In this document: piece by piece, positions 9,970 to 21,191 of the stretch
How the letters are laid out: every line of letters starts with the position of its first letter
Position numbering within the stretch: the stretch's first letter is position 1
NCBI GenBank assembly: GCA_963746845.1
Contig: CAVVCZ010000009.1
Coordinates: 32,001-96,000, forward strand
Direction: 5' to 3'
Source: an uncultured Chloroflexia bacterium
GTDB taxonomy: Bacteria > Chloroflexota > Limnocylindria > Limnocylindrales > CSP1-4
Length of the DNA: 64,000 nt
Made by a program: the position numbers and the translations under genes
Notes under the pieces: generated by a model
Database searches by the model: none
What the model saw: the letters and a program-made list of their open reading frames with translations, nothing else
What the model was told of the DNA's origin: nothing

Positions 9970-10208
9970 CAGATCGTCGTCAGGTGTCGGTTACGAGCCG
10001 GCTTGGCCGAATCGCATGCCAGATCGGCGCCCCGTGACGACAAGGCGGCGTAGGACGGCGGATTCGAGGGCTGTCCGGACCGCTTCGTGCGGGGATCCGC
10101 TGCCGGAGGGTCACGAATCGTCTTCGAGTGTGCCGAGTCGACACGGGCTGACGATCTGTCACCCAATCGCGGGTGTTTCGCGTGTAGTCGTCACTCCACG
10201 TCGATCTG
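9970..10208. repeat. Four-box palindromic intergenic element, copy B
   Basis: CAGATC boxes forward at 9970 and 10020, inverted GATCTG at 10153 and 10203. Same spacing as copy A. Confidence 0.8.
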
Positions 10209-10246
10209 TCAGGAGTCGACGATCGGCGAGGCGAGCGGGAACGGGC

Positions 10247-11242
10247 TCAGGTCCGGGCGAGACCCCGACGGCGGATCTCGGCCGAGATCGCGGGCACGAC
10301 CGTGTGGAGGTCGCCGATCACCGCATAGTCGGCGACGCCCATGATCGGAGACTCCGCGTCCGTGTTGATCGCAAGGATGTGTTTCGCTGCCTTGCAGCCG
10401 ACGATGTGCTGGATCGCGCCGCTGATGCCACAGGCGATGTAGAGATCCGGTGCGATCCGCAGGCCCGTCTGGCCGATCTGGTCGCTGTGCGGACGCCAGC
10501 CCGCGCTCGTGACGACGCGCGACCCGCCGACCGCGCCGCCGAGCAGCCCGGCCAGCTCCTCCAGGTCCCCGAACCCCTCGGTGCTGCCGACGCCGCGACC
10601 GCCGCCGACGACAACCCTGGCGTCGGTCAGCGAGATCCGCCCGCGCTCCGACGCCTCGCGGCTCGTGACATGGACCGCCAGGTCGGCCGGGGCCAGGGTC
10701 ACGGCGGCCGCCTCGACGGCCGGCGCCGGCGACGCGTCGGCCTCCGAAACCGCGACGGTGTTCGGTGCCACCGTCAGGAGCGCGGTCGTCGCGTCGAGCC
10801 AGCAGTCCTCGATCAGGCTGCCGGCCCAGCGCTGTCGGCTGAGGCGCCAGCGCTCGCCGGGCTCGACGGCGAGGACATTCGCGGCCATGGGCTGGCCGAG
10901 CCGCGCCGCCACGCGCGCGAGCAGGTCGTTGCCGCGCTCGGTCCCGGTCCCGACGACCGCCGATGCGCCGCGCACCGCAGCGACCTGGGCGATGGCCGCT
11001 GCCCAGCCGTCCGGGTGGTCCGTCGTCAACGCCGCGTCCTCGACGACGATCGCCGTCGCGACCCCGCGACCTGCCAGCGCTCCGGCCGCCACGCGACCGG
11101 CCGCGCCATCGGCAATGACGACGGCCTCGACGACGGACCGTGTCGCCGCCGCGATCCCGCGAGCGATCGCGACTGCCTCCAGCGAGCCGCGGTCCAGCGC
11201 GCCTTCAATTGGCGTCACCAGGGCGAGGACGGGTCCGCTCAT
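10247..11242 (-). CDS. etfA: Electron transfer flavoprotein alpha subunit
   Basis: VVGGGRGVG, GAVGGSR, QIGQTG...PDLYIACGISGAIQHIVG and AINTDAESPI. Confidence 0.95.
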   Translation of the reverse strand: MSGPVLALVTPIEGALDRGSLEAVAIARGIAAATRSVVEAVVIADGAAGRVAAGALAGRGVATAIVVEDAALTTDHPDGWAAAIAQVAAVRGASAVVGTGTERGNDLLARVAARLGQPMAANVLAVEPGERWRLSRQRWAGSLIEDCWLDATTALLTVAPNTVAVSEADASPAPAVEAAAVTLAPADLAVHVTSREASERGRISLTDARVVVGGGRGVGSTEGFGDLEELAGLLGGAVGGSRVVTSAGWRPHSDQIGQTGLRIAPDLYIACGISGAIQHIVGCKAAKHILAINTDAESPIMGVADYAVIGDLHTVVPAISAEIRRRGLART

Positions 11243-12012
11243 CCGTCCAGCACCCCGATCTTCACGAGCATCTCGACGACCGCCGGTGCCGCCTCCGCGC
11301 CCTGCCCGAGGACCGTCGCGGTCGTGACCTCCTCCTGGGGCAGACGGAGGACGATCTTCTCGAGCCCGCCGGGCGCCCACGCGGGAGTCGACCGCTCGAC
11401 CTCCTTCTTCTTCGCCCGGAGCCGGCCCGGGACGGACGGATAGCGCGGGAGGTTGATGCCCTCCTTGACGGACACGACGGCCGGCATCGGCAGCTCGAAC
11501 GATTCCCAGCCGCCCCCGACCGCCTCCCGCCGGGCGGTCGCGGTCCCGTCGGCCAGACGGATCGCCTTCGCCCCGGTCACGCATGGCCGGCCGAGCGCGG
11601 CCGCCACCCGGATCCCGACCTGGAAGCCGCCGCTGTCGGCGGACTCGTTGCCGAAGAGGATCAGGTCGAACGGGCCGGCGGCCGCCTCCTGCGCGCGGAT
11701 CGACGCGACGATCGCCTCGGCCGTCGCGACCGGGTCCCAGTCCCGTCCGTCGGTCTCGAGCAGGACCGCCCGCTCGATCCCGATCGCCATCGCGTCGCGG
11801 AGCTGCTCCTCGGCCTCGGCGGGACCCAGGGTCAGCACCGTCGTCGTGCCGCCCTGCGCCTCGACGATCCGGACGGCCTCCTCGACCGCGCACTCCTCGT
11901 GCGGGCTGATCGTGAACCCGAGATAGCGGGTGTCGATGTCGGAGCCGTCCGGGGTGAGAACGATCCGCCCGCCCGTCGCGGGGACGCGCTTGACGCAGAC
12001 GAGGATGTTCAC
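11239..12012 (-). CDS. etfB: Electron transfer flavoprotein beta subunit
   Basis: MNILVCVKRVP, CAVEEAVR, DLILFGNESADSG and INLPRYPS. Confidence 0.95.
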   Translation of the reverse strand: MNILVCVKRVPATGGRIVLTPDGSDIDTRYLGFTISPHEECAVEEAVRIVEAQGGTTTVLTLGPAEAEEQLRDAMAIGIERAVLLETDGRDWDPVATAEAIVASIRAQEAAAGPFDLILFGNESADSGGFQVGIRVAAALGRPCVTGAKAIRLADGTATARREAVGGGWESFELPMPAVVSVKEGINLPRYPSVPGRLRAKKKEVERSTPAWAPGGLEKIVLRLPQEEVTTATVLGQGAEAAPAVVEMLVKIGVLDG

Positions 12013-12019
12013 CGGCGCC

Positions 12020-14542
12020 TCAGGACCGGATCCGGCTGTTCTCGGGGTCGAACAACGGGGTGGCGCCGGCAACGGCGACGGAGACCGGATAGCGCTCGCC
12101 GAAATACTCGACCGCGAGCTTCGTCCCTTCGACCGCCTGCGCGGGCGGCAGGTACGCCATGAGCAGATGCTTCCCGACCGACGGGCCGGACCCGGCGCTC
12201 GTCACATACGAGCGGCGGCCCCTGGCGTCGACGAGCGGCTCGCCGTCCGGCGTCAGGATCGGCTCGCGCCCGAGCATGTAGCGCTTCACGCCCGTCGACG
12301 AGGTCGGATCGTCGACGGTCAGGGTGCACAGGACCGCGGCCGGCGCCTCGGCCCGCTGGCGCTCGTAGGCGGTGCGCCCGACGAAGTCGGCGTCCTTCAG
12401 CGTCGGCCGAGCCATGCCGGCCTCGACGAGGTCGAAGTCCAGCTCGAGCTCCGCGCCGTGGGCCCGATAGCCCTTCTCGAGACGGGAGGTGACGGCGTAC
12501 GTCCCGATCCCGACGGCCGCCAGGCCGTGCTCCCCGCCGGCGCGCCAGAGCGCGTCCCAGACCCGCAGCCCCTGCTCGATCGGGACGTAGATCTCCCAGC
12601 CGAGCTCGCCGACATAGCTGATCCGCGACGCGAGCGTCCTGACGCCATCGATGTCGACGGTCTTCGAGCTGAGGAACGGGAAGCCCTTGTGGCTGATGTC
12701 GACACTCCCGTCGGCGGCCGCGCCGAGGATGTCGCGGGCCCGCGGGCCCCACAGCCCGAACGTCGTGAAGGCGTTCGTGACGTCGTGGAGCTGGGCGGTC
12801 CCGTCCCCGGGCATGGCGTCCTCGAAGATCTTCCGGTCGCGCATGCCCATGCCGCCGCCGGTCACGACCCGGAACCGCTCGTCGCCGAGGCGCATGATCG
12901 TGAGGTCCGCGAGGATCCCGCCGGCGGGGTTGAGGAGCGGGGTGTAGACGGTTCGGCCGACCGCCACGTCGACCTTGTTCACGCACAGCCGCTCGAGGGC
13001 CGCGAGGGCGCCCGGCCCGGTGACGTCGAAGATCGCGAACGCCGACAGGTCGACCAGGCCGGCCCGGTCGCGCATCGCGAGATGCTCGGCGTTGATGATC
13101 GGCGACCACCAGCGCGACTCCCACTCCGCCTGGCGCGGCATGACCAGATCGCCGTACTCGCCCAGCAGCCGCTCGTTCGTGCCGTACCAGAACGGCCGCT
13201 CCCAGCCGGCGGCCTCGAAGAAGACCGCGCCGAGCTCGACGTGGCGGTCGTACGCGGGCGAGAGCCGGATCGGCCGGTTCGAGGCCCACTGCTCCATCGG
13301 GTGGACGATGCCGTAGGTCTTGTTGTAGCCCTCGATCGCGCGGGCGGCGATGTGCTGGGCCGTCTTGTGATGGTCGTAGAAGCGGGCGATGTCCGAGCCG
13401 TGCGGATCGATCTCCGGCTCGTCGTTCGTCATCCACTCGGCGACGGTCTTGGCGATCCCCGGCGCCTCCTTGATCCAGACCGCCGCCACGGACCAGAGGT
13501 TCTTGACCTCCGGCGTCTCGCCGATGATCGGGTTGCCGTCCGGCGTCAGCGACAACAGGCCGTTGATCGCGAGCTTCACCCCGGCCCGCTCGTCGCCGAC
13601 GATCTCCGGGAACAGCTCGAGCGAGTCCTCCAGCTGCGGGTCGAAGTCCTCCTGCGTGAACGGCAGCATCGTCGGGGACAGGGCGGACGCCGCGATCGAC
13701 GGGATGTCGTCGGCATCCATCAGGATGGCCCGGTGGGCGTACGAGCCGATCTCGAAGCCCGTCCCGTGCTGCCGCTCGTACATGTTCGTGTCCATGTCCC
13801 GGATGATCGGGAAGCCGACGTCCCCGGTCGTGTGCTCGAACCGCTCGACCGGCCCGATGTCGATCATCTGGTGGACCGCAGGCGTCAGCGGGATCGAGGC
13901 GCCGGCCATCTTCGCGATCCGCGGGCTCCAGACGCCGCAGGCGATCACGACGACCTCCGATTCGATCGTCCCGGCGTCCGTGTGGACGCGGCGGACCTTG
14001 CCGCCCTCGACGTCGACCCCGGTGACCTCGACACCGCTGGCGACCGTCAGGGCGCCCAGCTCCTGGGCCTTCTGGCGCATCAGGGTCCCCGCCTGGAGCG
14101 AATCGACGACGCCGACGGCCGGCGTGTAGAAGCCGCCGAGGATCACGGTCTCGTCGATGAACGGGATGAACGCCTTGACCTCGGCCGGGGTCAGCAGCCG
14201 TGCCTCGACGCCCCACGACGTCGACGACGCCATCCGGCGCTTCAGCTCCTCCATCCGCTCGGGCGTCCGGGCGACCTCGATGCCGCCGGTCTCGCTGTAG
14301 ACGCCGAGCTCGCGGTACTGGCGGGCGCTCTCCAGCGTGAACGCCGCCATCTCCTTGCTGTGGTCGGTGAGGAAGATGAAGTTCGAGGCGTGGCCGGTCG
14401 AGCCGCCCGGGTTCGGCAGGACCCCCTTCTCGACGAGGACGATGTCGCGCCAGCCCAGGCGGGCGAGGTGCCAGGCCATGCTGTTGCCGACGATGCCGGC
14501 ACCGATGATGACGACGCGTGCCTGCGTCGGGACCGAACTCAT
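12020..14542 (-). CDS. Dimethylglycine dehydrogenase/oxidase-like GcvT-family FAD protein
   Basis: VVIIGAGIVG FAD motif, GGSTGHAS, and a C-terminal aminomethyltransferase domain (SRISYVGELGWEIY, RLEKGYR). Operonic with ETF. Confidence 0.9.
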   Translation of the reverse strand: MSSVPTQARVVIIGAGIVGNSMAWHLARLGWRDIVLVEKGVLPNPGGSTGHASNFIFLTDHSKEMAAFTLESARQYRELGVYSETGGIEVARTPERMEELKRRMASSTSWGVEARLLTPAEVKAFIPFIDETVILGGFYTPAVGVVDSLQAGTLMRQKAQELGALTVASGVEVTGVDVEGGKVRRVHTDAGTIESEVVVIACGVWSPRIAKMAGASIPLTPAVHQMIDIGPVERFEHTTGDVGFPIIRDMDTNMYERQHGTGFEIGSYAHRAILMDADDIPSIAASALSPTMLPFTQEDFDPQLEDSLELFPEIVGDERAGVKLAINGLLSLTPDGNPIIGETPEVKNLWSVAAVWIKEAPGIAKTVAEWMTNDEPEIDPHGSDIARFYDHHKTAQHIAARAIEGYNKTYGIVHPMEQWASNRPIRLSPAYDRHVELGAVFFEAAGWERPFWYGTNERLLGEYGDLVMPRQAEWESRWWSPIINAEHLAMRDRAGLVDLSAFAIFDVTGPGALAALERLCVNKVDVAVGRTVYTPLLNPAGGILADLTIMRLGDERFRVVTGGGMGMRDRKIFEDAMPGDGTAQLHDVTNAFTTFGLWGPRARDILGAAADGSVDISHKGFPFLSSKTVDIDGVRTLASRISYVGELGWEIYVPIEQGLRVWDALWRAGGEHGLAAVGIGTYAVTSRLEKGYRAHGAELELDFDLVEAGMARPTLKDADFVGRTAYERQRAEAPAAVLCTLTVDDPTSSTGVKRYMLGREPILTPDGEPLVDARGRRSYVTSAGSGPSVGKHLLMAYLPPAQAVEGTKLAVEYFGERYPVSVAVAGATPLFDPENSRIRS

Positions 14543-14661
14543 CTCGCGTCTCCGCCGTGGTGGATCGGGGTGGCCCATCGTAGCGCCCGCGACCTGTCCC
14601 CCGCGGGCGTGTTGGTGTACCGTCGCCCGCACGTCGCGCTGCACCGATCAGGAGCCTGCCC

Positions 14662-15909
14662 GTGACCACCGTCGCCGAGCCCGGCACCGTCGTCTCCGGC
14701 ACATCCACGGTTGCCTCAGAGGCGAAGTCCGTCGAGCCGACGATCTCGGTCGTCGGTCTGTGGAAGGTGTTCGGAGCGGCCGAGCCGCAGCTGACCGACC
14801 GATATCCCACGACCCCGTCCCGCGAGGTGATCGAAAAGGACGTCGAGGAGTACGGCGGCACGATCGCGGTCGATAACGTCTCGTTCGACATCAAGCCGGG
14901 CGAGGTCTTCGTCGTCATGGGCCTGTCGGGCAGTGGCAAGAGCACGCTGGTCCGATGCCTGACTCGGCTGATCGAGCCGACCTTCGGAGAGGTCCGCTTC
15001 GACGGCGAGGACGTCAGGAAGGCAAGCGCCGAGCGGCTGCGCGAGCTCCGCCGCCGACGGTTCTCGATGGTCTTCCAGAACTTCGGCCTGTTGCCGCACC
15101 GGCGCGTCCTGGAGAACATCGCGTTCGGGCTGGAGCTCCGCGGGGAGAAGAAGTCGAGCCGCCTGGAGAGAGCGCGGCAGATGCTCGAGCTGGTCGGCAT
15201 GAAGGGGATGGGCGATCGCTATCCGGACGAGCTGTCCGGCGGGCAGCAGCAGCGTGTCGGGTTGGCGCGCGCGCTCGCGGGTGACCCCGAGGTCATGCTC
15301 CTGGACGAGCCGTTCAGCGCCCTCGACCCCCTGATCCGCCGCGACATGCAGAACGAGATCATCCGGCTCCATCGCGAGCTCGGGAAGACGATGGTCTTCA
15401 TCACCCATGACCTCGCAGAGGCCCTGAAGCTCGGAGATCACGTCCTGATCATGCGCAACGGCAAGGTGATCCAGATCGGATCGCCGGAGGAGCTCGTTGC
15501 GCGGCCCGCCGATGCCTATGTCGAGGACTTTGTCCGGGACATCGCGAAGAGCCACGTCCTGACGCTGCGCTGGATCATGCGCGACCCGATGCCGGACGAT
15601 CCGCTCGACGGACCGGCCTTTCCGCCGGACACGATCATCCGGAACGCCCTCCACGCTTCGGCCGCGACCGAGAAGCCGATCCGCGTCATTGACGGCGACC
15701 GGCTCGTGGGCATCGTCGATCGTGCCCGGATCCTCGAGTCCGTGGCAGGCGGCGAGGAGACGCGGGGCATCGACCACACGGACGGGATCGCCGGGCCCCC
15801 GCCATCGGCGGCGTCCGTGGGCATCGGGGTGGACGATCCATTCGACGCCAGTGCGGAGTACCTGGCCGACGCGGTCGTGAATCGGCAGTCGCCGCCCCCT
15901 GCCCCATGA
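14662..15909 (+). CDS. Glycine betaine/choline ABC transporter ATP-binding protein (ProV/OpuAA family)
   Basis: [37 protein letters not shown] and [12 protein letters not shown]. Confidence 0.93.
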   Translation: MTTVAEPGTVVSGTSTVASEAKSVEPTISVVGLWKVFGAAEPQLTDRYPTTPSREVIEKDVEEYGGTIAVDNVSFDIKPGEVFVVMGLSGSGKSTLVRCLTRLIEPTFGEVRFDGEDVRKASAERLRELRRRRFSMVFQNFGLLPHRRVLENIAFGLELRGEKKSSRLERARQMLELVGMKGMGDRYPDELSGGQQQRVGLARALAGDPEVMLLDEPFSALDPLIRRDMQNEIIRLHRELGKTMVFITHDLAEALKLGDHVLIMRNGKVIQIGSPEELVARPADAYVEDFVRDIAKSHVLTLRWIMRDPMPDDPLDGPAFPPDTIIRNALHASAATEKPIRVIDGDRLVGIVDRARILESVAGGEETRGIDHTDGIAGPPPSAASVGIGVDDPFDASAEYLADAVVNRQSPPPAP

Positions 15910-17855
15910 CCGCGGTCGGCCTGCCCGCACGTGCGAGCCTCGACCCACGCACGATCCGGCGCGTCGGCCTCGCGGTCATGGTCGCGCTGGCGATCCTGCT
16001 GTTCCTCGTCTTTCGCGGGACCTGGACGCTTCCGGCAGACTCGGAATGGCCGGTCTTTGGGGCCCTGACGCAGGTCCGCGACCAGATCCGCGACGATCGA
16101 CCCCCGGTCCTCGAGGCCATCGGGGCCATCCGCTTCCCGATCCGATCCCTCACGGAGGGGCTGATCGGCGCGCTGGACTACATCGGCTGGCTCGGCATCG
16201 TCGGGATCGGTGTGACGCTCGGCTGGCTCAGCGGCGGCTGGAAGCTCGCGCTGCTCGTCTTCAGCGGGCTCATGGTCCTCGGCGCGCTCGGTCTCTGGGA
16301 GCTGAGCATGGCGACCCTCGGGCTGACGCTGTCGGCCGTGATCATCTCGCTCGCGATCGGAATCCCGGTCGGGATCATCGCGGCCCGCAACAACCGCGTC
16401 CAGGCTGTGATCAACCCGATCCTCGACTTCATGCAGATCATGCCAACGTTCGCCTACCTCGCGCCGCTCGCCCTGATCTTCGGGATCGGCCTGGGGTCGG
16501 CGGTGATCCTGACCTTCATCTACGCGGTGCCCGCAGCCATCCGCATCACGTCGCTGGGGATCCGGCGCGTGCCGGCCTCGACCATCGAGGCGGCGCGATC
16601 GCTTGGCGCGACGAACTGGCAGGTGCTCCGGAAGGTCCAGCTGCCCCTGTCCCGCCGGGTCCTCGGCCTGGCTGTCAACCAGACGATCATGCTGGCCCTC
16701 GGGATGGTCGTCATCGCCGTCCTCGTCGACGCTCCGGGGCTTGGCGTGCCGATCTACCGCGCTCTGACCCAGGGCAATGTCGGAGTCGCGTTCGAGGCGG
16801 GGCTTGCGATCGTGATCCTCGCGATCCTCCTCGACCGGCTGACCGAGCAGGCGAGCGCGGCGCTGGATGCCCGGCCCGAGCCCGGCAAGCACGTCGATCG
16901 TGCGACCGAGGGACGCCGACGCCGGAACCGGCTGATCGTGGCGACCGGGATCATTGTGGTGTCCGTCGGGATCAGCCTCCAGATCGACCCGAATTTCCCG
17001 AACGCCATCGATCTGACATTCGCCCAGCCGATCAACACCGTCGTGGGCTGGATCAAGTCGAACCTGTCTGCCGTCACCGAAGGCATTCGCACGGTGTTCA
17101 CGGTCGTCCTGATCAACCCCCTCCAGGAGATCCTGACGACCAGCCCCTGGTGGCTCGTCATTGCGACGATCGCCGGCATCGCCGTGTTCATCTCGGGGAT
17201 GCGTGCAGCGATGGTGGCCCTCCTCGCCCTGCTCGCCATCGCCGCGCTCGGACTCTGGGAGGACGCGATGGTGACGTTGACCAGCGTCCTCGTCGCGATC
17301 CTCCTGACGCTCGCGACCGGCGTCCTCGTCGGCATCCTGTGCGCCCGGAGCAACCGGATGTCCGCCGGGATCCGGCCGTTCCTGGACTTCGCTCAGACGA
17401 TGCCGGCGCTCGTCTACCTGATCCCGGCGCTTGCGCTCTTCGGGCCGACCCGGTTCACCGCGATCGTGGCGGCGCTGATCTACGCCGTTCCGCCGGTGGT
17501 TCGGCTGGTCGAGGCGGGGTTGCGCGCCGTGCCTCCCACGCTCGTCGAGGCGTCAACCGCCTTTGGCGCGACCGAGCGGCAGGTGCTGTACAAGGTTCGC
17601 CTCCCGGTCTCGGCGCCCGCGCTCCTCCTCGCCGCGAACCAGGGCATCGTGATGGTCCTCGCCATGGTGGTCGTCGGAGCACTGGTCGGTGCGGGCGCGC
17701 TCGGGTACGACGTGCTCGCCGGCCTCGCCCAGAGCGAGGATTTCGGCAAGGGGTTCGCGGCGGCGGTGGCGATCGTTCTCCTCGGCATCATGCTCGACCG
17801 GATCACGCAGGGAGCCGTGGCACAGCGGCGGGACCTGCGGCTAGCAGGTGGCTGA
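15906..17855 (+). CDS. Glycine betaine ABC transporter permease with two fused ProW-type modules
   Basis: Two repeats: [13 protein letters not shown]...EAARSLGAT and [13 protein letters not shown]...EASTAFGAT. Confidence 0.92.
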   Translation: MTAVGLPARASLDPRTIRRVGLAVMVALAILLFLVFRGTWTLPADSEWPVFGALTQVRDQIRDDRPPVLEAIGAIRFPIRSLTEGLIGALDYIGWLGIVGIGVTLGWLSGGWKLALLVFSGLMVLGALGLWELSMATLGLTLSAVIISLAIGIPVGIIAARNNRVQAVINPILDFMQIMPTFAYLAPLALIFGIGLGSAVILTFIYAVPAAIRITSLGIRRVPASTIEAARSLGATNWQVLRKVQLPLSRRVLGLAVNQTIMLALGMVVIAVLVDAPGLGVPIYRALTQGNVGVAFEAGLAIVILAILLDRLTEQASAALDARPEPGKHVDRATEGRRRRNRLIVATGIIVVSVGISLQIDPNFPNAIDLTFAQPINTVVGWIKSNLSAVTEGIRTVFTVVLINPLQEILTTSPWWLVIATIAGIAVFISGMRAAMVALLALLAIAALGLWEDAMVTLTSVLVAILLTLATGVLVGILCARSNRMSAGIRPFLDFAQTMPALVYLIPALALFGPTRFTAIVAALIYAVPPVVRLVEAGLRAVPPTLVEASTAFGATERQVLYKVRLPVSAPALLLAANQGIVMVLAMVVVGALVGAGALGYDVLAGLAQSEDFGKGFAAAVAIVLLGIMLDRITQGAVAQRRDLRLAGG

Positions 17856-18014
17856 ACGTCCGGGGGACAGCCGACGCAACGCAGTTGCGCGGGAGTTGCC
17901 GCGATGGCGCATCATGCGCGCGCACACCGCGGCGCGGGCAACGTGCCCGGACGCCGGGCCGCGCCTGCCGAACGGGACCGACAGGCGAGCCGGGGGGAGT
18001 ACGAGGAGGACAAC

Positions 18015-19041
18015 GTGAGGAGAACGAGCAGTCCGCGCCTACGGGTCGCTGCCCTCGCCGCGATGGCGGCCATCGCCTTCTCGGCGTGCAGTGGCCGCGG
18101 CGGAGCGACGACTGAACCGGCCGCGAGCACGGGCTCCGCCCCGAGCGGGGCCGCATCAAGCGGGGCCGCTCCGAGCACGGCCGCCGGCGGCGGCACGATG
18201 AACCTTGCGATCAACCCTTGGGTCGGCTACGAGGCGGACGCTGCGGTGGTCGGCTATCTCGCGAAGAGCAAGCTCGGGGCCACCGTTAACGAGAAGAACC
18301 TGAAGGAGGAGATCTCCTGGCAGGGCTTCGAGAGCGGCGACGTCGACGTGATCCTCGAGAACTGGGGCCACGCCGACCTGGCCAAGACGTACATCGACGA
18401 CAAGAAGGTCGCGCTGGACGCCGGGCCGACAGGGAACAAGGGCATCATCGGCTGGTACGTCCCGCCGTGGCTCGCCACGGCGCACCCGGACATCCTGGAC
18501 TGGAACAACCTGAACAAGTACGCCGATCAGTTCAAGACGACGGAGTCCGGCAACAAGGGTCAGCTCCTCGATGGCGACCCGAGCTACGTCACCAACGACG
18601 AAGCGCTGGTGTCGAACCTCAAGCTCAACTACAAGGTCGTCTACGCCGGCAGCGAGAACGCGCTCATCGAGGCATTCCGCCAGGCGGAGCAGCAGAAGAA
18701 GTGGGTGATCGGCTACTTCTACGAGCCGCAGTGGTTCCTCGCCGAGGTGCCGCTCGTCCGGGTCAAGCTGCCGGCCTACACGGCCGGCTGCGATGCCGAC
18801 CCGAAGAAGGTCGCCTGCGATTACCCGGACTACATCCTCAACAAGGTCGTCAGCAAGAAGTTCTGCCGACACTGGCGGGGGCCTCTGGACGTTCGTGAAG
18901 AACTTCAGCTGGACAACGAGGACCAGAACTCGGTCGCGGCCTCGATCAACGGCGGGATGTCGCACGACGACGCCGCCAAGCAGTGGATCGACGCGCATCC
19001 CGACGTGGCCGGCGTGGATCCCCGCGTCGCTAGATCGATGA
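18015..19041 (+). CDS. Glycine betaine ABC transporter substrate-binding lipoprotein (OpuAC/ProX family), apparent frameshifts near the 3' end
   Basis: AGGAGG RBS, lipobox FSAC, INPWVGYEA, DVILENW, GWYVPPW and GYFYEPQWF. Expected ADTGGGLWTFVKNFSW and AWIP segments lie in an alternate frame (18863-19041). Confidence 0.85.
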
Positions 19042-19043
19042 GG

Positions 19044-20292
19044 ATGTCGGGCATCGCGGCCGAACGGCCCGGTGCCCGACGACGAGCGCTCCGGCGGGCG
19101 GTCATCCGCCGCCGTAGCGGTCGGGTCGCGCCCATTCGGGCCCTCGCCGTCGTCGGCCTCGCGTTCGCGGTCGCGTCCTGTGGCCCGAACAGGCGGCACA
19201 TCCGTCGCGGGGCGCTTCGGCGACGGGCGCGAGCGCTGCCCAGCGATGCCGGTGCGCCGTCGGCCCTTCCGTCCGGCACGCTTGCTGGCCTTGTCGCAGC
19301 CGCCCGGCAGGAGGGCGCGCTGACGACGATCGGCCTGTCTCCCGGATCGGTGCAACTACGACGAGGCCATCGCGACCTTCGAGTCGAAGTACCAGATCAA
19401 GGTCGAGCAGCTTGCCCCGGATGCGACCGCGGCCGATCAGGTCGAAGCCATCCGGAGCGGCAGGGACCATCCCGAGGCACCGGTGCCTGATGTCATCGAT
19501 GTCGACGCGGCGGTGGCGGACCAGGCGCGCATCGACGGGTTGCTCGACCCATACCGCGTCGCGACCTGGGACGACATCCCGACGCCGGCCAGGGACTCCG
19601 ACGGTTTCTGGTATGGCGGCTATTACGGCGTCATCGCCTTCGAGTCGAACGCCAGCGCGGTGCCGCAACCGCCGCAGGACTGGGCCCGTCTGCTCGACTC
19701 GACGCACCGCGGCCAGGTCGCCCTCGCCGGCGATCCGCGCGCCGACGCGGAGGCCACCCAGAGCGTCTACGCGGCGAGCCTGGCACAGCCCGGTGGGTCG
19801 CTCGACCGGGCCCAGCCAGGTCTCGTCTACTTCCGGAAGCTGGCTGACGCGGGGAACCTGCTGCCGAAGGCCGCCACTTCGGCGACGGTCGGCGACGGCT
19901 CGACGCCGATCGCGATCCGCTGGTCGAGCCTCGCCCTTGCCGACCAACGGAGCGGTCCGGGTTCGCCGACGGTCGACGTCGGGATCCCGGAGCACGGCCG
20001 CCTCGCCGGCTACGACGCCCAGGCGATCAGCGCCTCCGCCCGTCATCCGAACGCCGCGCGACTGTGGATGGAGTTCCTGTTCAGTGACGAGGGCCAGATC
20101 ATCTGGCTGGAAGGCGACTGCAACCCGATCCGGTTCGAGGCGATGCAGCAGGCGGATGCCATCCCCACCGATCTCCTCGCCCGGGTCCCCGACAGCTCCG
20201 GCGCGGTCTTCCCGACCCATGCCCAGCTCGAGTCCGCGTCGAAGGTGATCCATGCCGGCTGGGACACGGTCGTCGGGGTCGACATCAAGTAG
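19044..20292 (+). CDS. ABC substrate-binding lipoprotein (spermidine/putrescine/iron(III)-type family), frameshifted near 19190-19350
   Basis: Lipobox VASC. LVAAARQEGALTTIGL continues out of frame into CNYDEAIATFESKYQIKV...PDVIDV...YYGVIAF...HPNAARLWMEFLFSDEGQ. Confidence 0.75.
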
Positions 20293-20303
20293 CGCCTGAG
20301 TTC

Positions 20304-21038
20304 ATGCCCATCCACCCCGCTCTGAACGACATCGATCTCGTCGTCTTCGACAAGGACGGGACCCTCATCTCGTTCGAGGCGATGTGGACGGGCTGGGCCC
20401 GCGAGCTCGGGTCGCGGCTGGAGATCGCCACCCGGCGGCCCGTCGCCGGGGACGTGTTCGCGGCGATCGGCTACGACCCGGTCGACGATCGGGTCCGGCC
20501 CGGTGGGCCTCTCGCGATCTCGACGATGGCCGGGATCGAGGAGCGCGTCGCGGCCGTCCTCCGGCGCTGGTGCCCGAGCGTGGCCGCGGCGCGCCGGATC
20601 CTCGCCGACGCCTGGTCCGAGCCGGACCCAGTCGCCCTCGCCGTCCCGCTCGCCGACCTTCCGGGGCTGTTCGCGACCCTTCGATCCGACGGCCGGCGCA
20701 TCGCCGTGGCGACGACCGACGACCGTCGGCCGACGGAGGCCACGCTCGACGGGTTGGGCCTGTCCCCGTTCGTCGACGGCATCCTGTGCGGGAACGATCC
20801 GGGGCCGACCAAGCCGGAGCCCGCGGCCCTCGTGGCGCTCGCGGCCCGTGTCGGCGTGCCGATCGACCGGACCGCGATGATCGGCGACACGCCCGCCGAC
20901 CTCGCGATGGCCCATGGCGCGGGCGCCGGCCGGGCGATCGGGGTGGCCAGCGGCCTGACCGCGGCGTCGGAGCTCGGGGCGGACGCGGACCTGATCCTGG
21001 GCGACGTCGGCGAGCTGGTCCGGCCGGGACGCGGCTGA
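20304..21038 (+). CDS. HAD family hydrolase/phosphatase
   Basis: FDKDGTL motif I, VATTD motif II, KPEP and MIGDTPADL. Confidence 0.92.
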   Translation: MPIHPALNDIDLVVFDKDGTLISFEAMWTGWARELGSRLEIATRRPVAGDVFAAIGYDPVDDRVRPGGPLAISTMAGIEERVAAVLRRWCPSVAAARRILADAWSEPDPVALAVPLADLPGLFATLRSDGRRIAVATTDDRRPTEATLDGLGLSPFVDGILCGNDPGPTKPEPAALVALAARVGVPIDRTAMIGDTPADLAMAHGAGAGRAIGVASGLTAASELGADADLILGDVGELVRPGRG

Positions 21039-21191
21039 CCACACGAGACCCGGTCAGCCACTCGGGACGAGCGAAGCGGTACCTCTGGGCCATCGCTCCC
21101 GATCGGGGCCGCCCGTACGGTTCGCCAAGCGTCCCCCCCCGAGCGGCGTCGAATGGCGCCGCCCCACGCCTCCAGAGGTCGCCGCGAGCGG

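Noticed and set aside
11930-14665. Long antisense or alternate-frame ORFs (e.g. 911 aa at 11930-14665, 1063 aa at 12009-15200, 756 aa at 61445-63715)
   Set aside because: Shadows of real genes in high-GC DNA. They are Arg/Pro/Gly-rich or mirror the true codon pattern and carry no family motifs.
17904-19490. 528-aa ORF suggesting a fusion of two substrate-binding proteins
   Set aside because: Produced by frameshifts. The betaine-binding protein's natural end lies in another frame at 19041.
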